Assembly (NCBI RefSeq): GCF_049075655.1
Contig: NZ_CP157522.1
Location: 1,312,001 to 1,376,000 of the forward strand
From: Methanothermococcus sp. Ax23
GTDB taxonomy: Archaea; AGJL01; Methanococci; Methanococcales; Methanococcaceae
Direction of reading: 5' to 3'
DNA: 64,000 nucleotides
In this document: piece by piece, positions 63,778-64,000 of the stretch
How positions within the stretch are numbered: the first letter of the stretch is position 1
How the letters are laid out: every line of letters starts with the position of its first letter
The notes under the pieces: generated by a model
Told to the model about the DNA's origin: nothing
What the model saw: only the letters and a program-made list of their open reading frames with translations
Database searches by the model: none
Program-made: the position numbers and the translations under genes

Positions 63778-63792
63778 GTAAATATATAATAA

Positions 63793-64000
63793 TTAAATTA
63801 ACTCAATGAAATTCTCAATCATTTTTAACCCTGCTTTACCACTTTTTTCAGGATGGAATTGGGTGGCATATATATTTTCTTTATTCAACACACAGGGGAA
63901 TTTATAGCCATATTCACACACTCCGGCAATAACTTCCTTATTTGATGGATTTACATGATATGAATGGACGAAGTAAAAGTATTCATTATTTTTTATGCCG
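63793..64000 (-). CDS. hisH: Imidazole glycerol phosphate synthase glutaminase subunit, 3' part only
   Basis: - strand translation YFYFVHSYHV...ATQFHPEKSGKAG...ELI*. Confidence 0.92.
   Translation of the reverse strand, partial: GIKNNEYFYFVHSYHVNPSNKEVIAGVCEYGYKFPCVLNKENIYATQFHPEKSGKAGLKMIENFIELI

Noticed and set aside
63400-63783. GTAAAT on both sides of element copy B as a 6 bp TSD
   Set aside because: Copy A has no duplication (ATTTAC versus ACTAAC) and IS200/IS605 elements make none; likely a pre-existing tandem GTAAAT providing the TTAC target

Overview
AT-rich archaeal chromosomal DNA, almost certainly Methanococcales (Methanothermococcus/Methanococcus-like), judged from GGTGA Shine-Dalgarno sites, BRE-TATA promoters, hdrBC, ehbN, cfbB, hacA, dacZ and aRF1. 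In order, the window holds: an amt-PII-PII-amt nitrogen cluster with an NrpR operator; tRNA-Thr(GGT); housekeeping genes; a cbiMNQO operon interrupted by an IS and a tandem-HNH gene; a second IS in a methyltransferase 3' end; a ~23 kb glycosylation locus (galU, galE, intein-containing UDP-Glc dehydrogenase, GT4s, GT9, two radical SAM/SPASM enzymes, flippase, NDP-heptose pathway); then glmM, dph5, hdrBC, ehbN, a copper cluster, nnr, PHP and partial hisH. Most notable: (1) a glutaredoxin-FTR-DUF3422/CorA-like membrane fusion upstream of CBS-copZ-copA; (2) two inverted ~370 bp non-autonomous IS200/IS605 elements with intact ends and a probable omega/reRNA region; (3) small C-GAA-G triloop hairpin modules inserted in frame in genes and inside those IS ends; (4) strong over-representation of GAGCTC and near absence of GATC, both patterns broken in the glycan island; (5) an unexplained GC-rich structured ncRNA candidate. 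Counts were made by eye and family calls come from motif recognition, not database searches.
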